A stretch of DNA of 64,000 bases from Eledone cirrhosa (GCA_964016885.1 OZ024741.1:113646001-113710000); one strand, 5' to 3'; shown: positions 11,626 through 26,217, counted from the first letter of the stretch. Notes: generated from the sequence alone by a model not told the origin. Program-made: numbers and translations.

Positions 11626-14600
11626 TCAAGGCCCAGTTTAATAATGACTGTGCGTCCCATTAACTCACTTCAGGATGGGTGTAATAAGTCAGAAATTGAA
11701 TCAAAGAATGCCATCAGGCTATCATCAGAAAAAGTAACAACAGGAATCTGGAACGTCCACACCCTATACTGACACACATACCCACATACATATGACCATA
11801 CACCTTTGTCTACAAATGAATGCACACACATATATATATCCATATTCATTTGTACTCACTGCCAAGCATATATGTGAGTTGATCTGTATGGATTCAAATT
11901 GGGATGATCAGTTTTCTTGAGACTGGCTAATGAGTGATGTGCATGAATCATTAAATATATAGGGTGGTTATAGGCACAAACCAATGTTACATTTGGCGGT
12001 CATAGAAATCTGATGAAATACCATGTGTGGTAGGTGGATAGCAAATTGGTTGGCATTTGGCCAATCAGTTGTTAGTGTGAGACAATAAACTAGTAAGGAG
12101 AGGATATTTAATAAAAGTTAAAAAGTACAGGCTAGAAATAGAGAAGAGAGGTATACAGGGGAAAGGATAATGATCAGTACTAAAATAAAAGATTTATGGT
12201 GGCTATTGGGAGAGGGGCTTTGAAGTGTAGAAGAAATTGGTAAAAGGAATAGTGTGGATGAAAGATAAGGTTTGAAGATGGTGTCATATAGGCGGCTATA
12301 TGTCGGATTGTGATACACAGAATGAATACACACTTGTTGAAGTGTAGATATATAGAGATAAATGACTGTGATAAGAAAAAATTTATGAGGGAATAAAGTA
12401 GTGAAGATGTTTAGATGTATGTGTGGATATTAGTTTTACATTCAGTGTAAGTGTAGAGACTAAGGGAACAAATCATGTTTGGTTGTATTATTTTGTAGTG
12501 CGTGCATTGTAGTTTACATTAGATGTGTTTGTGTGGAGTGTAAGGTTGAAGTGTTCATGGCTGTATTAGCTTAAAGTTTATTTATCCGTGTGCTTATTAC
12601 CTAAATTGTAATGCAATTTATGTGCTCCATAAGCAGTTGTGTATGTATATAGTAAAATTGTTATATCGTCTATGTTTGTTGTGCAAGAGTATGACGCCCC
12701 TCTGGAGAGAACAGGCTGGACCACTACATATAAATAGTAGTGGCCTGAGTAAGCGGGCAAGTTGGTACTAGTTCCACAGTTCATGTGTTGATAGTCAAAG
12801 TTGGTACTAGTTCCACAGTTCATGTGTTGGTAGTCAAAGCTGGAGTTCAAGTTCACAGTTCAAGTTAGCATGTTGGATTATTGGTTCTTAAAAGATTGTT
12901 GTTCCATTACGTGTGGTTATTGCCGTTTGTTTCAATTATATTATTACACTGTTGCAGTGTATTTCATTTATCCATAAGGACATACCACTGTTCAATGTAT
13001 ATTTTGGTATTGTAGTGCACATATTAAAATTTTCAGGCTGTTGTGTGGTGTAGTATATATAGTTAAGGAGATGTATATTCAAGGTTGTGCTAACATGGAT
13101 TGTATTTAGAGAAAGATTTAAAGATCAATGTTGGCAATTGCCAATTTGGTCATGGCTGAGTTTAAAAGGTCTTTTCTAGTCATGATTTCTAGCACTTCTA
13201 TATATAATGATTTTCAGAGGTTGCCTGATGAGAAGAAACTGTCCTTTTTTTCCATATCCCCCCCCCCTCCATTTTCTTTGTCTCCTGTGCCCTTCTGTTT
13301 TGGATTCATATTCAAAAGTTTTAGTTGCATGGTCTTTTCTGAGCCTATATATATATACATATATATATATATAAATGAAGAATGGCATGCTGCGTTGTTG
13401 CGAACATGAACATATGAATAGGCAAGGGTTAAAATGTCCTCTTCAGTAGTCTGCTGATTATCGTATATATATATATAATTATTTTACTCTCTTGAGGATT
13501 ACCCCTCTCTCTTTCTATATATATACTTATACACATATAAACATATCCCCATTATCTATCACTTAATCATTAATTTAGCTAATTGGTTTCTGCTATTTCT
13601 GCCAGCCACTAAATCTTTTCTTCATAGCCTCCAATAGATCCTCCATTCCTTTTGTTTAACTAACTTCCTTCCCACTCCTTTCTATTAATTGCTTTATTCT
13701 CAATTGCCATTCTTTTAAATGCCTCCATCATCATATCAACACTATTTCTATCTATGCATTGCCTTTTTATGTTTCTCTGTTCTTTTATCAAAACAGTTTA
13801 TCTTTTTATGCCAATTTATGAGTTGAAAACAGAATGCCCCTTACAGTATTTCTACTATTAATTATTCTCTTGCTATAGAACCAGATAAACAATATCCCTT
13901 AGAATGCTGATCAATAACTTAACAAGTTATCCTCATTTAATCCTTTTGATATCAAACTGCCTGAAATCTCCCTTAGTTCTACCATACAAAACTGTTTATT
14001 GTAAAGTGTTTATATTTATCAAGAAATCTTCCATCATAATTCTATGTAAGACCCCGTGTTAAACTAGGATCCAAATAGCTTATTAATTATTTTAAATTAT
14101 TTTATCACCATCATCATCTCAAACATCATCATATGTATCCCTTTTGATACCAAATTGCTTAAAATCACCCCAGGTTCTACACTACAAAACTTTATTTTAA
14201 AATGTTTATATTTATCTAAAAACCTTCCACCATACTTTTATGTACGGACCTTTGTTAAGTCATCCTCCAAAGACCTAAGAATAATGAGAAGATTAGTTAT
14301 ATTACTAAATCCCTTCAAATTCTTGATTATGTTCAAAATTATTTGAAAATCATAAGCATTGTATTTTATTAGAAATAGAGTATTGGAAGAGTTTTAAAAA
14401 TGGTCAGTGATGAGGATCTAGCCAATACTATATGAACTTGATCTATTTTAGTGAGACTCAGGCCAATTTTTGTGGTTAACACAATTGGCCCCAGTGTTTT
14501 ATTACTTCTATTTAATATTTATTTCATTGATATTATGATTGGTTTATATATTTTATTTGGTGGGTAGGAAGAATAGAATGTCATAATAGTAATTGTGTTG

Positions 14601-14642
14601 AAGTAATGACAACAAATATCTGTCTTCTGTCTTCATTATTTG

Positions 14643-15045
14643 TAACCCCTTCATTACCATATTTCTAATAAAAGACTCTACCTATGATTTTGAAAATAAT
14701 CAAGAATTTAGAAAGAATTAATAATATAACTAACTTTCTCATTATCAAATTGTTATTTGAAGCATAGCTTAACTAATGTTAATACATAAAACGATAATTG
14801 GAAGGTTTGTAAATAAATATAAACATTTTAAATGAATAACTTTGTGATGTAGAACCAGTGGTGTATTGCTGGGTGTGCGTGGGGTTGCAGCTTCCCCCCC
14901 CCCCTAATTTGTTGTCAGAAAATTAATCATTTATGTTGGAAAATTATTAATGTCTGCACCCCCCCCCCCCCCCTCAAGAATAGGAGCAATACGCTTATGT
15001 GTAGAATCACAGTGGTTTCAGACAGTTTAGTATCAAAAGGATTAA
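14643..15045. mobile_element. AT-rich MITE-like repeat with (T)TAACCCTTT...AAAGGATTAA ends, possibly piggyBac-derived
   Basis: Diverged copies near 3406-3660, 7728-8127, 13938-14395, 16030-16280, 33968-34232, 45570-45820 and 61030-61265. Confidence 0.55.
14856..14999. mobile_element. hAT-like MITE nested in the repeat above
   Basis: TIR CAGTGGTGTATTGCT / AGCAATACGCTTATG; 8-bp TSD TGTAGAAC (14848-14855) / TGTAGAAT (15000-15007). Confidence 0.7.
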
Positions 15046-17683
15046 AAGAAAGAATTAGCAGAATATGTTCATTAAAATTAAATATGTTAATTTAATAAAT
15101 ATTTCTGATATTTTTTTTTCTGGGAGAATTATCTGTTCAAACCATTTCTACTGTGGTAAAAAAATTTCGTAGGAATTAAGAACTACAAGAGATTCAAAGG
15201 AAATGTGCAGAATTCAAGAGAAGGAAAATTAAAATTGCAAAGTGGTTGGTGTTGAGAAGTTCTTCCAGTCATAGAAACTATGCCAAAAAGGGTTGAGTGG
15301 GCTTTTCAAACATGTCATGATAACCTCCCTAGTGCCAGTGCTATGAAAATTGTACCTGGTACATGCTATAAAATAGTTACTGTTAAGAAGGGTACACAGT
15401 CATAGAAAACTTGCCAAAGGGTTGAGAGTATTCTTTATTTGTATCAAGAGCATGACAACCAAATGTTGTTGCCACAATAAAACACCTGTAGTACAGTCTG
15501 AAAATTGATTGGAGATATGAAGGACATGTTGCCATAGAAATCTCGCAAAACAAAGGATTAAGACGACCATTCAGATTTGTCAAACACGTGACAACCTCTC
15601 TAGTGCTGAGGCCATGCTAAAATGCATCCTGTACACTCTGTAAAGTGCAGGAACATATTTAATCAAGATATGACCATTCAGTCATTCTGATCAGTCAGTA
15701 GTCTCAATTAACTACTTACTTGGTTTGTAACAAACTGTCCAACTTTTGCTAGGAAGGAAAATGGGCAATAACTGAAGTAGTAGTAGTAGTAGCATCAGCA
15801 CCAGTAGTAGTAGTATATCCAAAGTTACTACATTCTATTTCTTATCACAGACTGTCAAGAGACAAATATCTAAATTTTATTTTAAACCTATGTAGTATGT
15901 TATTGTTGGTGGTGGAGTTGTTGAGCTCCAGGTCATTCTTGATTAAGAACGATTCAGATGTAAGGCATCCCAGCCATGATACATTCTATTTCCTTCATAG
16001 TAGGATTACATATCTAATGTGTGCTTTATTAGTTAATCTTTTTACTCCAATATTTCTCATGAAAGACATTCAAATAATTTTGAAAATGATCAAGAATTTC
16101 GAAAGACTTAAAAATAAAACTAACTTTCTCATTATCAAGTTGGTATTTGTCACATAGCTTAACAAAGACTCTTATATAAAACTATGAAGGAAATTTTTTA
16201 GATGAATATAAACACTGTAAAACAAACAGTTTTGTGTCATAGAACCATGGGTGGTTTCAGGTGATTTGGTATAAAAGTTGTTTGAAACAGTAAGGTGTGA
16301 TTCAAATGAAATTTAGGAAATATTTCACACAGGATGAACAATTACATAGTAAATCAATTGTAAATTTGGTCTGGCAGCCATATTTTCTTCAAATATATTC
16401 TTTCTTCTTCTTTGCCTACTTATTCCTGAGTGTCATGGGAGCAGAGTACTCAAATATACCTTCAAATGTGTCCTATCAGAAGCAGCCATTTCAAAATGAT
16501 CTAACTGGATCCCCAAATGAGACCAACCAAGCTTATTAATGTCCTCTAACCATCTTTCTTGTGGTCTGCTAATTGGCTTTGCTCATAAAATCTGTCCAGT
16601 GATTCTTTCATGAGACATTCTAATTACATACCATAGTACTGGAGCTTTGATATCTTGATGCTTAAATATAAAGGTTCTACCTTGAATAACTCTCTGATCT
16701 CTGAGTTATTCACCCAAATGAGAAATATTACTTCAGAGACCCTTCAGAAGAACCTCATTTCAGTTGTTTGTATTCATGTTCTTTCACTCATTCCTCAAGA
16801 TTCATAACCGTTGGCTAGAGTAGGGATGAATCTATCTCCCTTCTTCTGATGACCAAGTACTGGAGCTGGTGCATTATTGCACAAGCTCCAGCAATCCTTT
16901 CACTTAATTCAGCCCCCTACCTTCCTTCTCTCATGAAAATGGCCCTGAGGTATTTGACCCTCACCACCTCATATATTCACATACAAAGCTCACTGCACAG
17001 CTTTTCTTAAGAGAAGAAATGTTTGTCTTCAAATATATTCCTGCTATTTTCATATATAGAAAACCTATATGAGAAGTTCTAAAATAGAGATTACTATGTT
17101 ACAGAGAATTACTACCACTAAGTTCTGATTAAACAATGAAATTACTGAACTTGTTATAGAGTCATAAATCTGTAGATATACAGGTGAACTACATTATTTA
17201 GTCTGACAGTAGTATATATATATACACACACACACACATATATAAATATGTATACATATATATACATGTATACATATATACATATATATATGTGTATATA
17301 TATATGTGTGTGTGTGTATACGCACATACACACACATACATATACATATATATATATATATACATACCAGTCAGTAATATATAACTAAAGGTTGTTATTG
17401 AAATTAGCAGCAACTTGCAAAAGATGCTATATGCTTTCTTTCTATTTGAATATAGTTAAGTTTGCATCAAGAAGCTGAAAAATTCTTATTCTACATCATA
17501 TTATTGCTTTTGAAGTGTTTCAAAAAGTCCATATTAATGTAAAAGAATTATGGTAAATATAGGAATAAAAATGACTTCTTTATTCATGTATTCACTGGTT
17601 CAGTCATTCATTTATTTAGAGATTGTAATGACAGTGGTGGTGATGTTGGGATAATGATAATGATAGTTCAGCATCATCATCAC

Positions 17684-17720
<37 letters not shown>

Positions 17721-18544
17721 ATCATCTCACCTACCTTCATTATCATCATACACATCATTGCTCATCATATCATCATTTTTTTTCTTATCAGATATCTTCA
17801 ATATGATTATGATGATGATCCTCATCATTGCTCGTGAATATGTACATCACTACCCACTACCATCATCATCAATAATATTAAAATGAACAAAAACAATACG
17901 AATTTAGATTAAAATTTAAAAAATCTGATTTTTTCTGAAATGATGATGATGATGATGATAATAATATTCTAGTTAGTGAAAATTACAAGATATTAGCCGG
18001 GACATTAATCAAACGAGCAAAGACTTCAACCTTAACACTTCCAATATACTTTTACTAAATTAAAATTTCCACTACATGTTATTAAATTTAATATCGAATG
18101 CATATGAAATTTCCACAGTACTTTGTTGTCTGAATGCAAAATACATTTTCTCTTGAACTTAATGATATGAAAATCTACAAGAAAACGAAATAAAATAATT
18201 TACCCGTCTTGCTTGCATATTCATATATTATTTCACAACAACAGATTAAAAAGACATATTGCTATGTTTTTATTATGTCTTACTTTACCATTGTTTTTTT
18301 TTGTTTTGTTTTTTTAAACTGAAATATTCATGAGAGGGGAAAAATGTTTTAAAATTAAGTGTATCCTTCTTGTACTCTACCCTGTCTCTCACACTCTATC
18401 TATCTATGTTAGATGTATATATGTATGTATGCATGCAGGTATGTATGTATGCATGTATGTATATGTGTATGGATGGATGGATAGATGTGTGCATGCATGT
18501 ATGTATGAATTATCTATGTATATATGTGTGTATATATGTATATA

Positions 18545-18603
<59 letters not shown>

Positions 18604-19181
18604 GTATGCATATGTATGTATATGTATATGCATGTATATGTATATATACGTATATGTATGTATATATACGTATATGTATGTATATATATGTATATATATG
18701 TATATATGTATATATATGTATGTATATGTATAAGTATGTATATGTGTATATGTATATTTATAAGTATGTATATGTGTATATATATATATATATGTATGTA
18801 TATGTGTATATATATATATATTTATGTATATGTGAATATATATATATATGTATATATATATATGTATATACATATACATATGTGTGTGTGTGTATGTGTT
18901 AACTATGTTGTTGAAAATTCTATGATCTCTGGTGTATGCCAAGATTCGATAATGTCTAACACACTGCTAATTCCCTAGATTAATATAAAAGAATACATGT
19001 GGATGTTGAGCTAGAGGCATGGCTGTGTGGTTAAAAAGTTTGCTCCATACCCTTGGGGTTTACCTTCTATCCCATTGTGTTGCACATTGGGCATGAGTCA
19101 TTTTAGATAGGTTTAGTAGGATCAATAATTTTGGAGTGAAGTTTGATTGATGGAAACTGTATATGCAAGCTAGACATGTAC

Positions 19182-19246
<65 letters not shown>

Positions 19247-19249
<3 letters not shown>

Positions 19250-21273
19250 TCATCATCATCATCATCAACGTTTAACGTCCGTGTTCCACGCTTGCATGGG
19301 TTTGGATGGGGGTTTTCCCACTTGAGGCAAGAGTGATTGTCTTGCACGCATAGGACTGTCTGGCGGGTTTTCTACAGTTGGATGCCCTTCCTAACACCAA
19401 CCACATTTACAGTGTGGGGCTGGGAGGTTTTTACCGTGTTGCCTACACGGCCACATTACAGCGTGGACTGTGTGTTTTTTTATCGTGACACCTACACGAT
19501 CTCATTTGTTTCGGCCTATATGTTGTGGCACCAACATAACTTTACATTGAAAGGGACGGTGTGGTTGGGGTGGGGGAGGTGGGACGGGTGTGTATTTTGT
19601 TAGAGATGCCTACTGGCTGTAGTAGGTTTTACTTTGTATTTAGGTAAGGCGGGTCTTCTCTATTACTGAGTACCGCCAAAGGCAAAGGTCTCAGTCCAGT
19701 GACATTGTCTTGGAGAGGTGTAAGTGTGTGAGGTCGGAATTTATCAGCTCGTCCCAGGTTTTTCTGGGTCTGCCTACTCCGTGGCTACCGTCTATCTTTA
19801 TTGCCCTGCACTTAGTTATACAGCTATCGTCTTTCATGCACATCACGTGACCATACCAACGTAGCCTTCTCTCGAGTAAACAACATCTGATCCCTCTTAT
19901 TTCTAATTTTTTCCTTAGTTCGTTTATGCTTTGCCGTTCACGTATATTACTATTACACATCCAGCGGAGCATGCAAGCTTCGTTCCTCTCTAGTCTGCGT
20001 ATATCCTCTGCACACAATGCCCAGGTCTCACTGCCATGCAACATTGCTGTTCGTATGCAGGCATCATACAACCTGTCTTTCATTTTTAGGGAGAACCCTT
20101 TAGCGGCTAATAGTGGTATAAGCTCTCTGAACTTTTTCCATCCAGTTCTGACTCTAGCTACTGTACTTTCAGATCACCCTCCCCCACTGCTGATTTTGTC
20201 ACCCAGGTAACGGAAGCTGTCCACTATTTCTATAGAACCCTCTGCGCAGTTGAAAGAGCTAGTATTTTGTGGGCACTTGCTGCTACTTATTGCACCAGAG
20301 CACCGGCCACATGTAAAATCTATGTTCTTAGTTAGCTTACCTGTGATCCCACGACATCTTTTATGCACCCATACTTTGCATTTGGGACACAAAATGGAGT
20401 TTCTACCTACGCCTTTCCTACACTCTGAGCATGGCCACTTCCCGGAAGGGACCGCCGCCTTATTTTCTTTCTTACAAACTAGAACTTTAGTCTTAGCCAG
20501 GTTAATTTTAAGGCCTTTTTTATTCTAGGCCGTGCTTCCATGCTTGGAATTTCTTCTTTAGCTCGGCCATTGATTCAGCTATGAGTGTTAGGTCATCTGC
20601 GTATAGGAGTTCCCATGGGCAGCTGGTCTTGAACTCCTCTGTTATAGCCTGAAGGGCAATAATAAATAGTAGGGGGCTGAAAACAGAGCCCTGATGGACG
20701 CCAACTTTTACTCTAAACTCTTCACTATATTCGTTGTTAATTCTAACCTTGCTGACTGTTTCTTTATACATGGCTTGTATAGCTCTCACAAGCCATTCGT
20801 CAACACCTAGTTTTCTAAGAGCCCACCAGATAATGGAACGGGACACTCTGTCGAAGGCTTTCTCCAAGTCGACAAAAGCTAAGTATAGGGGTTTACTTTT
20901 AGCTAGGTACTTCTCCTGTAGTTGTCGTACAATGAAAAGAGCATCTGTGGTACTTTTCCCTGACACAAACCCGAACTGCATTTCATCTAGATCAATTCTT
21001 TCTCTGATTAGTTGCGCTATTACTTTTTCCGTGACCTTCATGACCTGGTCGATTAATTTAATGCCTCTATAGTTACTCCTATCTAGGGCATCTCCTTTAC
21101 CCTTATAACAGTTAACGATGATGCTGCTATGCCAGTCCTTCAGAACAACCCCATTCTGTACGACTTGGTTAACTATCCGGGTGACCATGGTGTGTCCCAC
21201 CGTACCAGATGCCTTCAGCATCTCAGCAACTATTTCCGAAGGCCCAGCCGCCTTACCCGTCTTCATATCTTTG
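19247..21273 (-). mobile_element. 5'-truncated RTE-clade LINE
   Basis: RT motifs KAAGP, NYRGI, QFGF, FVDLEKAFD, GVHQGS, YADD, FRYLG; 3' UTR and (TGA)n tail at 19247-19266; both ends abut (TA)n. Confidence 0.95.
19645..21273 (-). pseudogene. RTE reverse transcriptase (partial) with an embedded PHD finger
   Basis: ORF pieces 20520-21293, 20174-20392 and 19691-20083; frameshift near 20520 and stops at 20174 and 19691. Confidence 0.9.
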
Positions 21274-21285
21274 ATATATATATAT

Positions 21286-21616
21286 GGAGGCACATGGCTT
21301 AGTGGTTAGAGTATTGGCCTTGCAATCGAAAGGTTGTGAGTTCAATTCTCAGACCGGGTGATGTGTTGTTTCCTTGAGCAAGACACTTTATTTCACATTG
21401 CTCCAGTTTACTCAACTGTAGAAATGAGATGATAGGGACTGGGGTCCATATCATTCCACTGCAAAGTGTTCGTGCAGGTGCCACGGCAAAAAAGCACCCA
21501 GCACTCACTGTAAATGAGGTTGGTGTTAGGAAGGGCATCCAGCTGTAGAAATCAAGCCAGAATCAGTTCCCGTCCCACCCTTGAAAGCGGACGTAAAATG
21601 AAATGAATGAAATGAA
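21286..21616 (+). mobile_element. SINE family 1
   Basis: Full head, body and (AAATG)n tail; preceded by (TA)n. Confidence 0.9.
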
Positions 21617-21914
21617 TATATATATATAAATTATAAATTACCCAATTATCAAAGTAATGTTCAAATCAGTTAATTGCTGACAATCGTTTCTTCCAAACTT
21701 TTGCTTGGAATCATCAGAACATTATCAATGTTTGTACATATAATTAACCTCCTATTCAACTGAACAATCATATAGATACATATATATTGATGTTGTGAGC
21801 AACAGTTTCCTATTTGCAGGGTATAATGGATGCAAAATATATTATACGAGAATTGTACAAAAATTAAAATTAAAATTAAAAGAACAGATATGTGTGTGTG
21901 TGTGTGTGTATAAT

Positions 21915-22145
21915 ACAAAATTACCACACAATAATACAACACTACGACACATTACTACACAATAGTACAACATTACCACACAATAATACAACACTACCAC
22001 ACAATACAACAACATTACCACACCATAATACAACAACACTACCACACAATAATACAACAACACTACCACACAATACAACAACAATACTACCACACAATTC
22101 AACAACAACACTACTACACAATAGGACAACAACACTACGACAGAA
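21915..22145. repeat. Minisatellite of ~21-24-bp units (ACCACACAATAATACAACAACACT-like)
   Basis: Visible tandem periodicity. Confidence 0.85.
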
Positions 22146-23614
22146 CATAAACTATATTTCTGCCATTTTGAATCTGTGTATCCCACAAAATCTCAATCAA
22201 ACTAAAGAAGATGATCTAAGTAATAATTTCTGTAAATTACATGATAGAAAGTTCACCTGCCTCACAGCCAAATAAAGAATAATAATATTTAAAATAAACA
22301 AAATAAAAACAAAGGGAAAGAATAAAAAGAAAAAAGATAATTAAGCAACAAAGGAAAGAGAATGGGGAAGGGAGGGAGGGACAGACTTTCCACCAAATTA
22401 TACTTGTTTTGAGAGTTTAGTTTTTCTGAACCCTATTTTCTCTACAAACATACGTCCAATGGAGATTCTTTTACAATAGCTTATCTCGACAATCATCATC
22501 ATTATCATCTGGATCATCGTGATTGCCACCACCACCATCATCATCATCTTCATCATCCTCACCAGCACTACTACCATCTGTCCAGTTTTCTGTGCCAGCA
22601 CGGGTTGAACAGGTCATAGCAAACCAAATCAGTACTTAATCAGAGCTTCTATCCTCCTAGATAGGTCAGCGGGCCACGTCTTGCTTCGATACATTTCAGT
22701 TTTGCCATTGTTTCTATAGCTGCAAGCCTTTCCTAATGTCATCTGCTTTCCAGAGTGTACTGGGTGTATTTTATCATGGTATAATCACTAGGGAGCTTGT
22801 CAGGGTCATTAACATGACTGATGTATTCTCTCTGCCTTATGTCATTATTAATTGAATGTCAGCCATTATTTGGAGTGTAATAATTGTATTTTATAGGGAC
22901 ACCAACACTAGTGGGGTGATAGCCTTGTTCCAGTGGAGAGGTGTTGAAGAGAGTGAATGGAGGTGAGGGGTAGAGTAGGGGTTAAGATAAAATGGAGAGG
23001 TATGCGGGGAGTGATGGGATGCAACAGTGATGTGGAACAAGTGAGTAAGGGGTGTTGTATGAGAAAGTGAAGAAGCAGTGACCAATAGAGCCTTTTTGAA
23101 CAGCTGTCATGCAAAAGCTACACTCCTTCTGTCAAAAATTATTATTTAGAGTTAAATGTTTAATTCATTCAATTAACTTTCAAAACTTTATTCAGTGGAA
23201 TCATATGTAATGGGGCCTCCCCCACAGCCCCAGTGGACAGAGTGGAGAAGGTGTTTCCCCGACCAGAAATAAGTGTCCTCTGTCAACAGTTTCATCTATC
23301 TTGCTCTACATCTCTATGTCTGTCTGTTTGTATGCCTGCACCTCCCTCCTTCTCTTATCAGTATCATCATTTAATGTCCATCTTATCTGCTAGCAAGGGC
23401 TGGATAGCTTTACAGACCAAGTCAGTACACAAGCAGAGCCACATACCTCTTGGATTGGCCGGGGTGCTGCACATTGTTTACATAACTTCTCATGCTCTAC
23501 TGTGTGCATTTTATTCTGGCACTAGCACTAGGGAGGTTGTCATATCTTTGGTATAGCTGAAGTGTCCTCCCTCTTTACATGCGTATATATATATATATAT
23601 ATATATATAAGGGA

Positions 23615-23897
23615 GGCCCTCCATTGTTTCTGATGAAGAGTGCTCCAGTTGACTAAATCAACTGAAATACCTGCTTCTGAAATTCATATTTAAATGGCTG
23701 AGCATTCCACACACACATGTACCTTTAAGTTAGTTCTCAGGGAGATTCAGCATGACACTGTGTGTGACAAGGATGGCTCCTTAAATTACAGGAACAATTC
23801 ATATTTGCTAGCTGAGTGGACTGGAGCAGCATGAAATATAGTGTCTTGCTTGAGGACATAACATGCTGCGTAGTTTGAGAATCGAAATCTCAACCTT
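23615..23897 (-). mobile_element. Older SINE (family 3) sharing the GGAGCA..GTGAAAT..GTGTCTTGCT segment with family 1
   Basis: Shared segment at 23810-23860; partial second copy at 63470-63610. Confidence 0.6.
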
Positions 23898-25456
23898 CAC
23901 ATACATATGACAGAATGTGGGTAATTTAAGAATCAAAGATGCCATTATCATCAAGAACAAAAAAAATAGATAAATAATAGATTAGAAATGCACGAAGCAG
24001 ATTGGCTGCTATAATGACTCCACACATGCATATTTCAGACATGTAGACTAATTTAGGAAGAAAACATTGGTCATTCGTTTTTATTTTTGACCATTTCCAT
24101 TTGAAAAGAAGGTGATAGCCCTGAAATATTATGTTGAAATATACAGGGAAAAACATTACTTTGTTTTGTTTTATTTGTTATATTTTGCCCATTACAAATT
24201 TCTACAGTATTGTTCTGGCTTTTTGAAACTTATCAGACATTTATTACGCACACACACACACTCTTATATATATATAACCTACAAACAGAGCTTTGTTACA
24301 AATTGGTGAAGAAAACATAATTACTTATTTTGTCTGTAAAATGATAGGTTATGTTGTCGTGTATTATAACAAAAGTAGGTACTACTTCTGCATTATTTAC
24401 TGTCAAATAATGTCATGTCACTAGCTTTCAAAACTCTTTCCTTTCTTTTACAGACTAATGAAATAGTTTTAAATCTGCTCTTATGTATTATAGCTAAAAC
24501 TATCAGTAAATATATTATTTCTATTTAGCAGAGAATGGAAAATATGTTGAGTAGTGTTTTATTTTGAATGTGTAGTTAGTTATTTTGTCATAAAGTATTG
24601 GAAGATAATCTTTAAAGAAGAAGTATAACCACGAAGGAGTTTTCTGAACGAATCTAATAAACAACATTCAAAATCTTTTTTACCAAATATATCACAGAAT
24701 ACTCAGACGTATATTGGTATACATACACATCATCATCATCATCGTTTAACGTCCATCTTCCACGCTTGCATATACATACACACAAACACACACACACACA
24801 CATATATATGCATAAATATATATGTATATATGTGTGTGTGTGTGTATGTATGACTGCCCCTAACCAGCTAATACTGGCTTAATTCTATAATAACAACCAA
24901 CTTATATTTCATTTCCATTGGGGGATAACATAAGATCCGAAGATTTTCCATTCAAAACTGAGTATAGTTCTTAAAGCAGTTTCATATTTATTTATTTATA
25001 TATATATATACACACACACATATGTGCATACATATATGTATGCTTACAGATCATAATGGAATGATCACTTAGATTAAAATTTGTATTTGTCTATGTGGAA
25101 TTAGCACAAACTTAACATGAACAAGTGAAGTGGACAGTGTTCAGACATACATATATATCTGAACACATACAAGTAAATAATATATAGCCTAACCACACAG
25201 TATAATATCTAATATGAACAGAACATCATCCATGATTCATGTCATTTCTTGTTTAAGATATTTCTTTCTCTTATATAGCTCTATGTCTCTATTTCTTATT
25301 GTTAGTTTTTTTTTCTATCACTAACTCTTAAATATAACCCACAGCTAATCTCACATATTTCTGTTTTTTATCTCTCATACTGACTTGTGACCTTGTTTCA
25401 AAGATGGCGGTTTATATTTATATATATATATATATATATATCCCGGGTTTAATCGG

Positions 25457-25508
25457 GGCTTTCCTGATGATTTCCATCGAATGAAACAGTTCTAGTCCTG
25501 TAGAAGCC
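25457..25508 (+). ncRNA. Hammerhead ribozyme, family C, intact core, in an ~80-bp TA-flanked insert
   Basis: GGCUUUC-CUGAUGA-uUUC(cauc)GAAu-GAAA-CAG(uucuaguc)CUG-UA-GAAGCC. Confidence 0.85.
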
Positions 25509-25518
25509 ATTTCAATAT

Positions 25519-25579
<61 letters not shown>

Positions 25580-25805
25580 ATATATTATATGGTAATAAGG
25601 TAGTAATACATTACTGCCTACCACTATTTAGGGTGTGTATAAAAAATACTTATAACTGCATAAGGTTTTGTATTTACATAACCATAAATAGTATAACTAA
25701 TACTATATATATTATATATATTATATATATATATATATATTATATATATTATATATTATATATATATATATTATATATATATTATACATATGTAAATATG
25801 ATAAT

Positions 25806-26205
25806 AATGGAGCTGCGGCGCTGCAAATGGGTTACATATGAAAAAGTTTGTCCTCATCAGCGGCCATCCAACCGTCGTAGGCATTTCGTCGCATTAAAGG
25901 CCATATACCTCAGGTTGGTGCGAGCAACGGCTAAAAAAAAGTCGTTGGGACACGTAAATAAAGGGGACGCTAGGGTAAACAAACAAAATGGTTTAAGCAG
26001 CAGAAAGTGATGAAGAAGGAAACAAGTCCCAGATTTCTATGAATTTAAACCATTTTGTTTGTTTACCCTAGCGTCCCCTTTATTTACGTGTCCCAACGAC
26101 TTTTTTTTAGCCGTTGCTCGCACCAACCTGAGGTATATGGCCTTTAATGCGACGAAATGCCTACGACGGTTGGATGGCCACTGATGAGGACAAACTTTTT
26201 CATAT
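25806..26205. mobile_element. Young TA-flanked fold-back element (family E): 161-bp arms plus 30-nt tail
   Basis: 25836-25996 vs 26045-26205, one mismatch seen; a related fragment lies at 13377-13463. Confidence 0.85.
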
Positions 26206-26217
26206 ATATTATATATA

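Noticed and set aside
12759-12839. ~39-bp tandem duplication within ORF 12578-12856
   Set aside because: Simple local duplication; the ORF shows no recognisable domain.
13222-13250. CUGAUGA-GAA-GAAA-CUG-UC hammerhead-like string
   Set aside because: No stem II and no stem I pairing.
21286-21360. tRNA gene
   Set aside because: A and B boxes are present but there is no acceptor stem; it is the head of a multicopy SINE.
23628-23670. CTGATGA...GAAA motif
   Set aside because: Lies in a decayed SINE body; stems I and III do not form.
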